Positions 18,609-29,429 are shown, counted from the stretch's first letter. The stretch: DNA of 64,000 nt from Thermodesulfobacteriota bacterium (GCA_039715015.1 JBDLIE010000005.1:1-64000); one strand, 5' to 3'. Notes: generated by a model from the sequence alone, not told the origin. Made by a program: numbers and translations.

Positions 18609-19658
18609 ATGAAAGAATTGATTACAAAAATTTTAGATGGTGAACGAATAACTAGGGACGAAGGGGCAAAGCTCTTTCGTGAGGGCAGTTTTTATGAACT
18701 CGGTATGCTCGCTGATGAGATTCGTAAACGCAAGCATCCGGAACCCATCGTCACCTATGTCATAGATCGTAATATCAACTATACCGATATATGTCTTTCA
18801 GCCTGTAAATTCTGCGCCTTTTTTAAAGCTCCTGAAGATAAGGCTGGATCCGTGCTCTCCTTTGAGGAGCTTGGTAAAAAGATTGAAGAGACCCAGCGCC
18901 TTGGCGGCAACCAGATTCTTCTTCAAGGCGGTCTGCATCCTGATCTGAGTTTGGAATATTATGAAGATATGTTGCGCTTCATGAAGGGCTATGGAGTCCA
19001 TGTCCATGGTTTTTCTCCACCCGAAGTGATGCATTTTTCCCAGATTTCTGGAAAATCCATGCCTGAGGTCCTGATCCGTCTGCAGCGAGCTGGTCTTGAC
19101 TCCATTCCCGGCGGTGGTGCCGAGATCTTAAATGATCGGGTGCGTCAAGATACAGCGCCAAAGAAATGTTCAGCAGACGAATGGATCGCTGTAATGGAAG
19201 AGGCCCATAAGCAGGGCATGCGCACCACAGCCACCATGATGTTTGGCCATGTTGAGACGTTGGAAGAACGACTTGAACATCTTCAGCGCCTTCGTGATCT
19301 GCAGGATCGCACGGGTGGTTTTACCGCCTTTATACCCTGGCCCTTTCAACCTGACAATACGGTCTTTGATGACATGCCAAAGACCACCGGTCATGAGTAT
19401 CTTAAGATGCTTGCTCTGTCTCGTATCTTCCTTGATAATTTTGACAATATCCAGGCCTCCTGGGTCACCCAGGGGCCGAAGATTGCCCAGATCTCCCTCT
19501 TCTTTGGAGCCAATGATTTTGGTTCCACCATGATTGAGGAGAACGTGGTGGCGGCGGCAGGGGTCAGTTTTCGTCTCTCCGAGGATGAAATTCGTAAATT
19601 GGTGACCGCAGTGGGCATGACCCCTGTGCAGCGCCGGATGGATTATACCCCGGTCTGA
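18609..19658 (+). CDS. mqnC: Cyclic dehypoxanthine futalosine synthase (radical SAM)
   Basis: DRNINYT, CLSACKFC, LQGGLHP, NIQASWVTQG, GSTMIEENVV. Confidence 0.92.
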   Translation: MKELITKILDGERITRDEGAKLFREGSFYELGMLADEIRKRKHPEPIVTYVIDRNINYTDICLSACKFCAFFKAPEDKAGSVLSFEELGKKIEETQRLGGNQILLQGGLHPDLSLEYYEDMLRFMKGYGVHVHGFSPPEVMHFSQISGKSMPEVLIRLQRAGLDSIPGGGAEILNDRVRQDTAPKKCSADEWIAVMEEAHKQGMRTTATMMFGHVETLEERLEHLQRLRDLQDRTGGFTAFIPWPFQPDNTVFDDMPKTTGHEYLKMLALSRIFLDNFDNIQASWVTQGPKIAQISLFFGANDFGSTMIEENVVAAAGVSFRLSEDEIRKLVTAVGMTPVQRRMDYTPV

Positions 19659-19660
19659 TC

Positions 19661-20842
19661 ATGATTACTCTCCACCGGGCCCCCTGGGTGCTACCCATTT
19701 CATCTCCTGCCATTGCTGATGGTGCTGTTGTCGTTGATGACGAACAGATTTTGGCGGTGGGGCCTTACGCTGATATGCGAGATGAATCACATGATACGTT
19801 TGTTGATCATGAATCGCGCATACTTATGCCGGGTCTTGTGAATGCTCACTGTCACCTTGAGCTTTCTCCTTTTGCCGAACTAAGCCAGCATCCGCTTGAG
19901 CCTGGTAATATGCCAGCCTGGATTGCCGATCTACTCGCTCTGCGGGATGGCATGGATACGGATGAAATTGATAGCAGTGTGTGTCTGGCTGCCTTGGCCG
20001 CTCAATATGCTGATGGAGTTGGCCTATTGGTGGATATCGGCAATGCGCTTTCTCCGTCAGTCGGTGCTTATAGCGGTGTGGATGTTCACTATTTCACCGA
20101 ATTACTGGGGCTTTCTAAACAGGGTACAGCCCATGGTTTGCAGATAATGGCTAAACATGGTCCAGACCATCAATTTACCGGTCACGCGCCCTATTCAACA
20201 AGTGGTCCATTGCTGCAAGCTGTTAAAAAGAGAACGCAACAGACAGAGCAGCTTTTTCCCATCCATGTTGCTGAGTCCCTTGATGAGGTTGATTTTTTAA
20301 AGAGTGGCAAGGGCCGATTTCGCAGCTTTTTGGAAGAGCGCGGTGTTTGGGACGGCTCTTTCACAGCTCCTGGCCTGGGCCCAGTTGCCTATCTTGATCA
20401 ACTCAATCTTGTCGATGAAAAGACACTCTGTGTGCACTGTGTGCATCTTGATGACGAGGAGATTGCTCTTTTGTCTCGTAGAAAAGCCAAGGTCTGCCTC
20501 TGCCCTGGTTCTAATCGTTTTCTCGGGGTGGGAAAGGCTCAGGCTGATATGATTGTCGATGCCGGCATCAGGCCCTGTTTAGGGACGGATAGTCTGGCCA
20601 GTAATCCTGAACTTTCCATCTGGCGGGAAATGACGATTCTTGCTGAGGATCATCCAGGCCTTGACCCTGAAATAATTGTCGCCATGGCTACCTATAATGG
20701 TGCTGAGGCTGTTGCTGACCCAAGAAGGGGAAGGCTTGAAAAGGGGTGTTGCCCGCAATTTCTTGAGATTGGTTATAATGGTACGGCGCCATTTGACTTT
20801 CTGGCTTGCGAGCAGGGTGCAAAGGCCATTGCCTGGATCTGA
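19661..20842 (+). CDS. Amidohydrolase, candidate aminofutalosine deaminase
   Basis: NAHCHLE, HAPYS, HVAES, GTDSLASN; lies between mqnC and mqnA. Confidence 0.75.
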   Translation: MITLHRAPWVLPISSPAIADGAVVVDDEQILAVGPYADMRDESHDTFVDHESRILMPGLVNAHCHLELSPFAELSQHPLEPGNMPAWIADLLALRDGMDTDEIDSSVCLAALAAQYADGVGLLVDIGNALSPSVGAYSGVDVHYFTELLGLSKQGTAHGLQIMAKHGPDHQFTGHAPYSTSGPLLQAVKKRTQQTEQLFPIHVAESLDEVDFLKSGKGRFRSFLEERGVWDGSFTAPGLGPVAYLDQLNLVDEKTLCVHCVHLDDEEIALLSRRKAKVCLCPGSNRFLGVGKAQADMIVDAGIRPCLGTDSLASNPELSIWREMTILAEDHPGLDPEIIVAMATYNGAEAVADPRRGRLEKGCCPQFLEIGYNGTAPFDFLACEQGAKAIAWI

Positions 20843-20844
20843 CC

Positions 20845-21687
20845 ATGAAAGAAGATAAAAAATACACTGCCCGGATCGGCATGGTAAATTTTATTAATAC
20901 AGCTCCTTTTTATGAGGTGTGGCGCCGCAGTGTCCACCGGCCGGAATGGCATGTTACTGAGGCTCCTCCAACAAAGCTTAATGAGATGCTCTACCATGGA
21001 GAGCTCGATCTTGGATTTATCTCATCCCATGAGTATGGGGCTCATCCTGAATTATATAAGATACTGGGTGGGCTTTCCATTTCCGCCACTGGGCCGGTGG
21101 GCTCTGTTTTTCTCTTTTCCAGAGAGAAGGCCGCAGATCTTCAAGGCAAAAAGGTGTTGCTTTCAGCCCAGTCGCAAACCTCTGTTGCCTTGGTTAAGAT
21201 TATTCTTGAGGAGTTTTATGGCGTTCAACCCATTTATGAGCAGGGTGCTGTTAATTTGGCTGAGGTGAGTAGAGAGTATGCAGCCGTCCTTGCCATAGGT
21301 GATGATGCCCTCCGTCTTAAAGAACAGGGGAACTATCCTGTGCAGATGGATTTAAGCGAGGTGTGGCACCAGCAAACCGGACTTCCTTTTGTCTTCGCTG
21401 TTTGGGCGGTAAGGGAAGAATTTTGCCAGTATGACCCTGTAACCGTTGTCGAAATCCATCACGAATTGCAACGCTGCATTCAAGAGGGGAGGGATGATTT
21501 GCTCCAGATCTGTGAATTGGTTGCCCCTCGTATTCCCATGGAAGTGACGGCCTGTCATACCTATTTGCAGGGAATGGAGTATGATTTAGGCCCACAGAAG
21601 GTGGAAGCCCTGGAGAGGTTTTTTGAGCTTTTGGTCCAAAGGGGTGAGATGACTGCGAGCTCTTTACCTTTAAAAATTTGTGAATAA
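20845..21687 (+). CDS. mqnA: Chorismate dehydratase
   Basis: GMVNFINT.P, G.V.SV.LFS, IGDDAL, GLPFVFAVW. Confidence 0.88.
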   Translation: MKEDKKYTARIGMVNFINTAPFYEVWRRSVHRPEWHVTEAPPTKLNEMLYHGELDLGFISSHEYGAHPELYKILGGLSISATGPVGSVFLFSREKAADLQGKKVLLSAQSQTSVALVKIILEEFYGVQPIYEQGAVNLAEVSREYAAVLAIGDDALRLKEQGNYPVQMDLSEVWHQQTGLPFVFAVWAVREEFCQYDPVTVVEIHHELQRCIQEGRDDLLQICELVAPRIPMEVTACHTYLQGMEYDLGPQKVEALERFFELLVQRGEMTASSLPLKICE

Positions 21688-21697
21688 AGGTTCTACG

Positions 21698-22252
21698 ATG
21701 AAGGATAAAATTATAGTTGCCATTACCGGTGCCTCTGGAATGATGTATGCCAAAGAGCTGCTGGCCATTCTTGATGGCACGGATGTCGAGATCCACGCCA
21801 TTATTTCCGAGGCTGGGGAGCAGGTTTTGAAACTTGAGCTCGGGATGCAAAAGAGTGATTTTCCCAGGGTGCGCTGGTGGGACATTAAACAGTTTACGGC
21901 CCCCATGGCCTCTGGTTCTGCCCGTTTCCAAGCCATGGCAGTGGTTCCTTGTACCATGGGCACCCTGGCCGCCATTGCCAGTGGTCTGTCGACAAATCTC
22001 ATCCACCGGGCCGCTGACGTCATGCTGAAGGAAAGACGTAAGGTTGTTTTATCAGTACGCGAGACTCCTTTTAACCGTACCCATCTGCAAAATATGCTCG
22101 CCGTCCATGATGCCGGTGCTACTATCTGTCCGGCCATGCCTTCTATGTATCAGAAGCCGCAATCCATTGAAGAAATGGCCCGGAACTATGCATCTCGAGT
22201 TGTCGAGACATTGGGCCTTGAGGTGGACTATCCCCGCTGGCAGGGTGAGTAG
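21698..22252 (+). CDS. ubiX: UbiX-family flavin prenyltransferase
   Basis: ITGASG, ASGS, PCTMGTL, RAADV.LKERR, RETP. Confidence 0.92.
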   Translation: MKDKIIVAITGASGMMYAKELLAILDGTDVEIHAIISEAGEQVLKLELGMQKSDFPRVRWWDIKQFTAPMASGSARFQAMAVVPCTMGTLAAIASGLSTNLIHRAADVMLKERRKVVLSVRETPFNRTHLQNMLAVHDAGATICPAMPSMYQKPQSIEEMARNYASRVVETLGLEVDYPRWQGE

Positions 22253-22296
22253 TTGCACCTTTCTGCATCTAAATAACAATAGAGAAGATCGAAAAA

Positions 22297-23151
22297 ATGC
22301 TAAAGAAAATCTCCACACTCCTTGAAATGATCAAGTTCAAGCACACGGTATTCGCACTTCCTTTTGCTTTCATGGGTGCCTGGCTTGCCCAGGGCGGAGT
22401 GCCTGGTGGCATGGTTTTTATGTGGATTGTCTTGGCCATGGCCGGAGCCAGAACAAGCGCCATGGGTTTTAACCGGATTATTGATGCCCGTTTCGATAAG
22501 GAGAACCCCCGTACGGCCAGCCGGGCTATCCCAGCTGGAGACATCAAGATGGTTGAGGCCTGGGCCATGGTTATTATAGCGACCATTCTTTTTTTTGTGG
22601 CCTGTGCCCAGCTTAACCCCCTGACCCTGAAGCTTTCCCCCTTTGCTTTGGGTCTCACCCTTTTTTATTCATACACCAAGCGCTTTACCTGGTTTTGCCA
22701 TGTGGTTCTCGGCGTGGCTTTGGCCTTTTCTCCCTTGGGTGGTTTTGTTGCCGTAAAGGGTTCCTTTGACAATTTTCCTTGGATGCTTTCGGCAGCAGTT
22801 CTCTTCTGGGTTGCCGGTTTTGATGCTGTTTACGCCTGTCTGGATGCCGATTTTGATAGGAAGCGAGGGCTTCATTCCATGCCAGCCCGTTTCGGGAGAG
22901 AGGGTGCCTTTAAGCTGGCTGTTCTCTTTCATGCCATCGCCTTTGTCCTCTTTACCTATACAGGGTTATATTGCCGTCTTAATATCTACTACTTCCTTGG
23001 TGTTGCCATCACTGGCCTGGCCCTTTTTTATCAGCACCTCATTGTTAATCCAAGGGATCTCTCCAATATCAGCATGAGTTTTTTTACCATGAATGGCATT
23101 ATAAGTGTCACCCTCTTTGCTGCCACTTGGTTGTCCATCCTCACCTCTTAA
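22297..23151 (+). CDS. UbiA-like polyprenyltransferase (MqnP type)
   Basis: IKFKHTVFALPFA, NRIID..FD..NPRT..R, YSYTKRFT. Confidence 0.9.
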   Translation: MLKKISTLLEMIKFKHTVFALPFAFMGAWLAQGGVPGGMVFMWIVLAMAGARTSAMGFNRIIDARFDKENPRTASRAIPAGDIKMVEAWAMVIIATILFFVACAQLNPLTLKLSPFALGLTLFYSYTKRFTWFCHVVLGVALAFSPLGGFVAVKGSFDNFPWMLSAAVLFWVAGFDAVYACLDADFDRKRGLHSMPARFGREGAFKLAVLFHAIAFVLFTYTGLYCRLNIYYFLGVAITGLALFYQHLIVNPRDLSNISMSFFTMNGIISVTLFAATWLSILTS

Positions 23152-23290
23152 AGATCTTTTCTTGGCGCATTCTTTAGGCCGCCTCATTTCAGCATTGATT
23201 TTTAACTGCCTTTTATGACAACATTAAAATGTTGTTAAGCAGAGGTGTCGTCATAAATAAAGGCCAAGGGCGTGAGGGAGAGTTTTATCA

Positions 23291-24274
23291 ATGAGTCAGC
23301 AAAGTAGCTTGAATCAATCAAAGATTCTTTTAGAGGTCGGTACCAATGAGCTTGAGGTAATTACCTTTTATCTAGAGTTTGTCGACCCGAACACAGGAAA
23401 ACTTACCAAGAATGCCTTTGGGATCAATGCCGCCAAGGTGCGTGAGTTAGTCGCATTGCCAGATGATGTTACAGACGTAATTAATAGTCCTGACTGTGTG
23501 AAGGGTGTTTTCTTGTTGAGGGACGCCACCATTCCTCTGGTGGACATAAGTGAGTATTTTGGCTTCGAGGTTGAAAATACCCCGGAGTTCCAAAAGAAAT
23601 GCGTTGTAATTGTTGCTGAATTAAACGGTAAGGCCTTCGGTTTCATTTCCCACGGCGTGGATAAGGTCCATCGTATCTCTTGGAGCCAGATAACTCCTCC
23701 TCCTGAAATTATTGCTGCCAATGCCTCCATCACCGGTATCTGTTTGCTTGATGGCCAGACCATTCAAATGGTGGATTTCGAGAAGATTACCGCAGACATT
23801 GACCCATCAATGATGATGCGCAGCGATCGTGACGAGAAACAATCGTCATTAATTGAAGATAAATATTCCAAAGAGGTAGTTGTTGCTGATGACTCCCGGG
23901 TGATCTTGATGCAGCTCTCCAGTACCTTGCAGAAGGCCGGTTTCCATGTGAAAGCCCATCCAGATGGCCTGTTTGCCTGGGAATATTTAGAGGGTCTCCG
24001 GGAGGCAGGTGAACTTGATGAAAAAGTCTTGGCAATCATTTCTGATATTGAGATGCCCCGGATGGATGGACACCATTTTTGTATTCAAGTAAGAAAGAGC
24101 GCGGCCTACAGTAAAATCCCAATAATTCTTTTTTCATCGATGATCAACGATGCCCTGAGAAAGAAAGGGGTTGCTGTGGGAGCAGACGATCAAGTAACAA
24201 AGCCGGAACTTGACACACTTATAGAGCGCCTTGAGCAGTGCGTCTCTCGACGTAATCCTGAATATGATAATTGA
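23291..24274 (+). CDS. cheV: CheV chemotaxis coupling protein (CheW + receiver)
   Basis: LLEVGTNELE, FGINAAKVRE, SDIEMPRMDG, FSS. Confidence 0.9.
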   Translation: MSQQSSLNQSKILLEVGTNELEVITFYLEFVDPNTGKLTKNAFGINAAKVRELVALPDDVTDVINSPDCVKGVFLLRDATIPLVDISEYFGFEVENTPEFQKKCVVIVAELNGKAFGFISHGVDKVHRISWSQITPPPEIIAANASITGICLLDGQTIQMVDFEKITADIDPSMMMRSDRDEKQSSLIEDKYSKEVVVADDSRVILMQLSSTLQKAGFHVKAHPDGLFAWEYLEGLREAGELDEKVLAIISDIEMPRMDGHHFCIQVRKSAAYSKIPIILFSSMINDALRKKGVAVGADDQVTKPELDTLIERLEQCVSRRNPEYDN

Positions 24275-24301
24275 TTAGGGGCTGTCTGCACTCATTCTTG
24301 C

Positions 24302-26026
24302 TCAGAGGAGCCCTATCTCAGCGAGCATGGTTTTTGCTGTCTCGAAAAGGTCGTTCTTGCCGTTCTCCGTCCTTGATTCGACGTAAAATCGAACCTTTGG
24401 TTCAGTGCCGGAGGGTCTAATGAGCAGCCAGCTCTTGTCCTCAAAGATAAGCTTGAGGCCATCAATATCTATCACATCTGATACATTCTTTGTTTCTGGG
24501 CCAACCTGAATGGATGACCCTTTGTTATACTTTTTTAACTGATCAAGGGTTTCTTGCAGTTCTGTTCCTTGCTGGCTGACAACAACTCCATCCTTTGCCG
24601 GGAAAAAGGCCCCATACTCACTGGTGATTTCTCTAAAATAATCACCGAGATTTTGTTTGCGGCTTACCACCATGTCTATGGCCAACATAAGGCCGACATA
24701 GGCGTCTTTTTCCGGAGTGTGGCCGATGACAGTGATTCCGTCAGATTCTTCAAAGCAGACCAGAGCCTTATCTATTACCGGCTTAAACTCTTTAAATCCC
24801 ACCCTGGGTTCAAAGACTTCTTCTTGAAAGGCTGCGGCAAGGGCATTGGCCATATTGCTGGTGGCAACGGTTTTGGCAACCATACCTTTTATCCCTTTCC
24901 CTTCATGGAGGAAATGGTAGGCCATGGCGCCGAAGACATTCATGTCGATTTCAGTGGTGCCGTCAGTGAAGCGAATCCTATCGCCGTCAGGATCCATAAT
25001 AACGCCGATCTTAAGGGGCTGGGGCTTGTCGTTTAATGCCTCATTGACCAAAACCATATTGGCTGTTGATGGCTCTGGGGCAACCCCTCCAAAGGTGGGG
25101 TCAGCATTGGAACGGATTTTGACGAATCTCTCAGGGGGAAGAGACTTAAAGAAGCGGTCAATATGTATTCTCGTCGCACCATGAACAGGGTCCGCCGCCA
25201 CAACAATGTCAGGATTATCAGCCAAGCTGGCCATTATCTCGTCGTAGTTAAGGCCGTGTTGATGACTGCTCTTCTTGAAGCGATCAAGCCAGAGATCCAA
25301 GGCATTACAATCCTTTATGAGGTTTTTATCGGGAACAGGTTCAAACTGCACCTCTTGGTCGATGAATTGCTGGGTAAGCTCAGTGATGCGCGTGGTGAGA
25401 ATAGGGGCTGCCGGTCCACCATCCGCTGCGTTATATTTAAACCCAGCGTACTCCAGGGGGTTGTGACTTGGAGTAAGGTTGATGGAAAATGCGGCGCCAA
25501 GTTCGAGAACGGTTGCTGATAGAGCACCTGTTGTCGATTCACCTGCGTAATGAACTGTGAAGCCAAGAGAGGTGAGAACATCACAGGAAATCCCTGCAAA
25601 CAGGTGACCGCCAAAACGGTTGTCGAAACCGATGACAGCCCCCATTTTCCTCGCTTTATCAAGGGAATCTACTCCTAGCTGACCGGCGAGTTCCTGGTTG
25701 TGCTGGAGGTCAAGATACATCTGGGCTATGGCACGCGTTACGAGCTTAACAGTGTATAAATTGATGTCTTTGCCAATGATGCCTCGCCAACCAGAAGTGC
25801 CAAATTTGACAGGGGTGCGTGGCGGTTTATCGTTGGATTTAATTTCCTTTTCTATTTTGGTGTAGACCTGTTCGATTTTTTCTTGGCAGGAAAGATAATC
25901 CTTTGATTCGGCAACTGTCTTATTGCGTTCATTCACTAGCATTTTAATGATTTGAAAATAGTCGTGGTCGGCATGACTACCCTTGTTTAAATCTGTAAAA
26001 AGTTGATTTAGTTTATCTCCAGCCAT
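24302..26026 (-). CDS. Phosphoglucomutase/phosphomannomutase family protein
   Basis: FGTSGWRG, TPSHNP, DPDGDR, RPSGTEP. Confidence 0.92.
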   Translation of the reverse strand: MAGDKLNQLFTDLNKGSHADHDYFQIIKMLVNERNKTVAESKDYLSCQEKIEQVYTKIEKEIKSNDKPPRTPVKFGTSGWRGIIGKDINLYTVKLVTRAIAQMYLDLQHNQELAGQLGVDSLDKARKMGAVIGFDNRFGGHLFAGISCDVLTSLGFTVHYAGESTTGALSATVLELGAAFSINLTPSHNPLEYAGFKYNAADGGPAAPILTTRITELTQQFIDQEVQFEPVPDKNLIKDCNALDLWLDRFKKSSHQHGLNYDEIMASLADNPDIVVAADPVHGATRIHIDRFFKSLPPERFVKIRSNADPTFGGVAPEPSTANMVLVNEALNDKPQPLKIGVIMDPDGDRIRFTDGTTEIDMNVFGAMAYHFLHEGKGIKGMVAKTVATSNMANALAAAFQEEVFEPRVGFKEFKPVIDKALVCFEESDGITVIGHTPEKDAYVGLMLAIDMVVSRKQNLGDYFREITSEYGAFFPAKDGVVVSQQGTELQETLDQLKKYNKGSSIQVGPETKNVSDVIDIDGLKLIFEDKSWLLIRPSGTEPKVRFYVESRTENGKNDLFETAKTMLAEIGLL

Positions 26027-26401
26027 AATCGTCCCCTGATAATTTTAAAGAAAAAAGCTTGTTATGATTTTGCCGACAATATTTCCGGGAATCAAGTTTA
26101 AATTATTGTCGAATTTTGTGCAGGTGTTTATACGTAGCACCTGACATCTTTATTGCGTATTGAAAGGGCTTCATTGATTGAGAAAAAAGAAATGGTAATA
26201 GTTGTCCTAAAAAGGCATGGGCCTAGGTGTATATGCCTAGGCGGTATGCTGGTGAGGAAAAGTTATTTTATGGGTTGCCACCGTAATCAGAAATCACCCT
26301 ATAACCTCTTGAAAATAAAGTAAAAAAAATCAAGTTTGTTTTTGACAAGATTGACCTGGTTTTCTTCTCTTAAAAACTCAATGTTTTCGCACTGTTTAGG
26401 G

Positions 26402-26430
26402 TTGACCATGCGGTTAAGATTAGCTATATG
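26402..26430 (+). promoter_or_regulatory. Putative sigma70 promoter of ppsA
   Basis: TTGACC-17 nt-TATATG. Confidence 0.4.
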
Positions 26431-26597
26431 AGATGTAATCTTTAGTCGGATAAATAAGACATCTTGATTGCTCATTTTCCACGAGGGAGCAACATCGCTT
26501 TACATCCTCTTTCCATCCAGCTAGAGTTTTTAACTCTACACAGTCTTTAGTAAACAATATCTATCGTACAAATTTAACCTTTTCAGGAGTAAACGAA

Positions 26598-29039
26598 ATG
26601 GCAGATAAACATGACGAGGCCTTCATCCTTTGGTTTGATGACATCGGCATTGACGATGTCCCCCTGGTCGGCGGCAAAAATGCCTCTTTGGGCGAGATGT
26701 ACCAACATCTCACTGGAAAAGGAGTGGCAGTTCCCCATGGCTTTGCTATCACGGCCTATGCCTATCGTTACCTTCTGAAGCACGCAGGCATTGAAGACGA
26801 TATTAAGGAGGTTCTTTCTGATCTTGATACCGAAGATATGCATAATCTTGCTGAGCGCGGCGAAAAATGCCGTAACATCATTCGCCACGCTAAGTTCCCG
26901 GATGATCTTCGCGATGCCATCATTGAGGCATACCAGAAAATGGAAGCCGAGTATGGCGAGAATGTTGATGTAGCGGTTCGTTCCTCGGCCACGGCTGAGG
27001 ATCTTCCGGATGCCTCTTTTGCCGGGCAGCAGGAGACCTATCTTAACATCCACGGTTATGAGAATATCATTGAGAATTGCCGGAAATGTTTTGCCTCTCT
27101 CTTTACCAATCGGGCAATCTCTTATCGTAAGCATCAAGGCTATGGTCAGTTTGACGTCTATCTTTCCATTACCATTCAGAAGATGGTTCGTTCCGACTCC
27201 TCCTCCTCCGGTGTTTTGTTCTCCATTGATACCGAGTCTGGTTTTCAGGACGCCGTTTTCATCACCGGCGCCTGGGGACTTGGCGAGAATGTTGTTCAGG
27301 GTGCGGTGAATCCTGATGAGTATTATGTCTACAAGCCTACCCTGAAAGAGGGTAAGCGCCCCATCGTTTCTAAGCGTGTCGGCTCAAAAGAGATCAAAAT
27401 GATCTACGACAATGATCCTTCCACCAATGAACCGGTGCAAAATATTGACACCACCCCTGAAGAGCGCAACTCCTTTGTTGTCAATGATGATGAAATTCTC
27501 CAGCTTGCCAAATGGGCCTGTATTATTGAGGACCATTACGGTAAGGGCATGGATATTGAGTGGGCCAAGGATGGTGATGGCGTTAATGTCGGTACCGGCA
27601 ATCTTTTTATCGTCCAGGCCCGTCCTGAAACTGTTCATTCCCAGGCCTCCAAGCGCACCATGGAGACCTATAAGCTGCAAGAGACTGGCGATGTCGTTGT
27701 TGAAGGGCTGGCCGTCGGTGCTAAGATCGGGCAGGGTACAGCGCATTGTATTGATGATGTTGCTGATATCCATACCTTCAAGAAGGGAGAGGTTCTTGTC
27801 ACTGATATGACCGATCCTGATTGGGAACCGATCATGAAGATCGCCGGCGCCATTGTCACCAACCGTGGTGGTCGTACCTGCCATGCTGCTATTATTTCCC
27901 GCGAGCTTGGTATCCCCTGTGTTATTGGTACCGGTAACGGCTCTGTCCTCATTAAAAATGGGCAGGATATTACCGTTTCTTCCGCTGAGGGTGAGACAGG
28001 CTACGTCTACGACGGTATACTTAAGTTTGATATCGAGAGGCTCGATCTGGATGAGGTCCCTGAGACCAAGACTAAGATCATGATGAATGTCGGTATTCCT
28101 GAGAAGGCCTTTACCGAATGCCAGATCCCCAACGAGGGCGTTGGCCTTGCCCGTGAGGAGTTTATTATTAACTCCCATATCGGTATCCATCCCCTTGCTC
28201 TCATGAATTATGAAGAGTTGAAAAACTCCGATGATCCTGAAAAGCAGGCCGTTGCTAAGCAGATTGACGAGCGCACAGGCGCCTATCCAGACAAGAAGCA
28301 ATTTTTCATTGATAAGGTTGCTGAGGGTGTGGGGCGTATTGCTGCTGGTTTCTATCCTAAGGATGTCATCGTCCGCCTTTCCGACTTTAAGAGTAACGAA
28401 TATGCTAACCTGGTTGGTGGTCAATTCTATGAGCCGGATGAAGAAAACCCGATGATCGGCTGGCGTGGCGCTTCCCGTTATTACGATCCCAAATATCGCC
28501 CTGCCTTTGAGCTTGAATGTGAAGGACTGAAGAAGGCCCGGAACGACATGGGGCTCAACAACATCAAGCTTATGGTTCCCTTCTGCCGCACCCCGGAAGA
28601 GGGTAAAAAGGTCATCGATGTCATGAAGGACTGCGGTCTTGTTCAGGGCGAAAACGGCCTGGAGCTCTACGTTATGTGCGAGATCCCCAGTAATGTTATT
28701 TCAGCCGATGCCTTTGCCGACATCTTTGATGGTTTTTCCATCGGCTCCAATGATCTTACCCAGCTTACCTACGGACTTGACCGTGATTCCGGCCTCATTG
28801 CCGGAATTGCTGATGAACGTAATGAAGCGGTTAAAGATATGATTAAGATGGTTATTGCCACTGCTCAACGGCGTGGTAAGAAGATTGGTATCTGTGGTCA
28901 GGGTCCTTCTGATTTTCCTGATTTTGCCACCTTTCTTGTTGAGCTTGGCATCGACTCCATGAGTCTTATCCCTGATACCGCCATCAAAACCAGATTGGCA
29001 GTTCATGAAAAAGAAAAGGAATTGGGCATTGCTCCCTGA
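26598..29039 (+). CDS. ppsA: Phosphoenolpyruvate synthase
   Basis: VGGKNASLGEM, VRSSATAED, TCHAAI phospho-His, SIGSNDLTQ, ICGQ. Confidence 0.97.
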   Translation: MADKHDEAFILWFDDIGIDDVPLVGGKNASLGEMYQHLTGKGVAVPHGFAITAYAYRYLLKHAGIEDDIKEVLSDLDTEDMHNLAERGEKCRNIIRHAKFPDDLRDAIIEAYQKMEAEYGENVDVAVRSSATAEDLPDASFAGQQETYLNIHGYENIIENCRKCFASLFTNRAISYRKHQGYGQFDVYLSITIQKMVRSDSSSSGVLFSIDTESGFQDAVFITGAWGLGENVVQGAVNPDEYYVYKPTLKEGKRPIVSKRVGSKEIKMIYDNDPSTNEPVQNIDTTPEERNSFVVNDDEILQLAKWACIIEDHYGKGMDIEWAKDGDGVNVGTGNLFIVQARPETVHSQASKRTMETYKLQETGDVVVEGLAVGAKIGQGTAHCIDDVADIHTFKKGEVLVTDMTDPDWEPIMKIAGAIVTNRGGRTCHAAIISRELGIPCVIGTGNGSVLIKNGQDITVSSAEGETGYVYDGILKFDIERLDLDEVPETKTKIMMNVGIPEKAFTECQIPNEGVGLAREEFIINSHIGIHPLALMNYEELKNSDDPEKQAVAKQIDERTGAYPDKKQFFIDKVAEGVGRIAAGFYPKDVIVRLSDFKSNEYANLVGGQFYEPDEENPMIGWRGASRYYDPKYRPAFELECEGLKKARNDMGLNNIKLMVPFCRTPEEGKKVIDVMKDCGLVQGENGLELYVMCEIPSNVISADAFADIFDGFSIGSNDLTQLTYGLDRDSGLIAGIADERNEAVKDMIKMVIATAQRRGKKIGICGQGPSDFPDFATFLVELGIDSMSLIPDTAIKTRLAVHEKEKELGIAP

Positions 29040-29059
29040 TTCTAACTTTCTTGATAGTG

Positions 29060-29107
29060 CAAATAAAAAAGGCTTATTCCTTAGCGGGAATAAGCCTTTT
29101 TTATTTG
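29060..29107 (+). terminator. Intrinsic (bidirectional) terminator after ppsA
   Basis: caaataaaaaaggcttattcc / ggaataagccttttttatttg stem. Confidence 0.9.
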
Positions 29108-29403
29108 TCCATCACGGATTACCGTGGAACTTCTGGTTTTAAAGGTTTTGATTTTGCTTTTCCCCATTCAGGCCTGAGCGAGCAGGGAGCTGGGCAAGGC
29201 GAAGAGCATTGCAGCATGTCTGAGCGCAAGCGAGTTCCTGCAATGCCGCCTGGCACAGCGGAAGGCGAGTGGTGCCGAAGGCCAGGACTGTTAGGGGTGC
29301 CTTTTTTGGTTCGTTTTTGGGCAAGCAAAAATGAACAAAACAACATTCCTTGTAGAAAGGTAATACAGGGCACAGGCCTTCCCACCGTAATCCGTGATGA
29401 TCC
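29106..29403. mobile_element. MITE-like non-coding element, ~300 bp
   Basis: 18-bp inverted repeats 29110-29127 / 29382-29399 (17/18) flanked by direct TTTTTATT (29098-29105, 29404-29411). Confidence 0.7.
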
Positions 29404-29429
29404 TTTTTATTTGCTGTGCAGCACTTGTC

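Noticed and set aside
26027..26597. ncRNA in the long pgm-ppsA spacer (cctagg...cctagg palindrome near 26221-26243)
   Set aside because: AT-rich divergent promoter region; no recognisable RNA family
27384..28424. Long antisense ORFs (also 60090-61148, 21317-22006)
   Set aside because: Shadows of well-supported genes on the opposite strand
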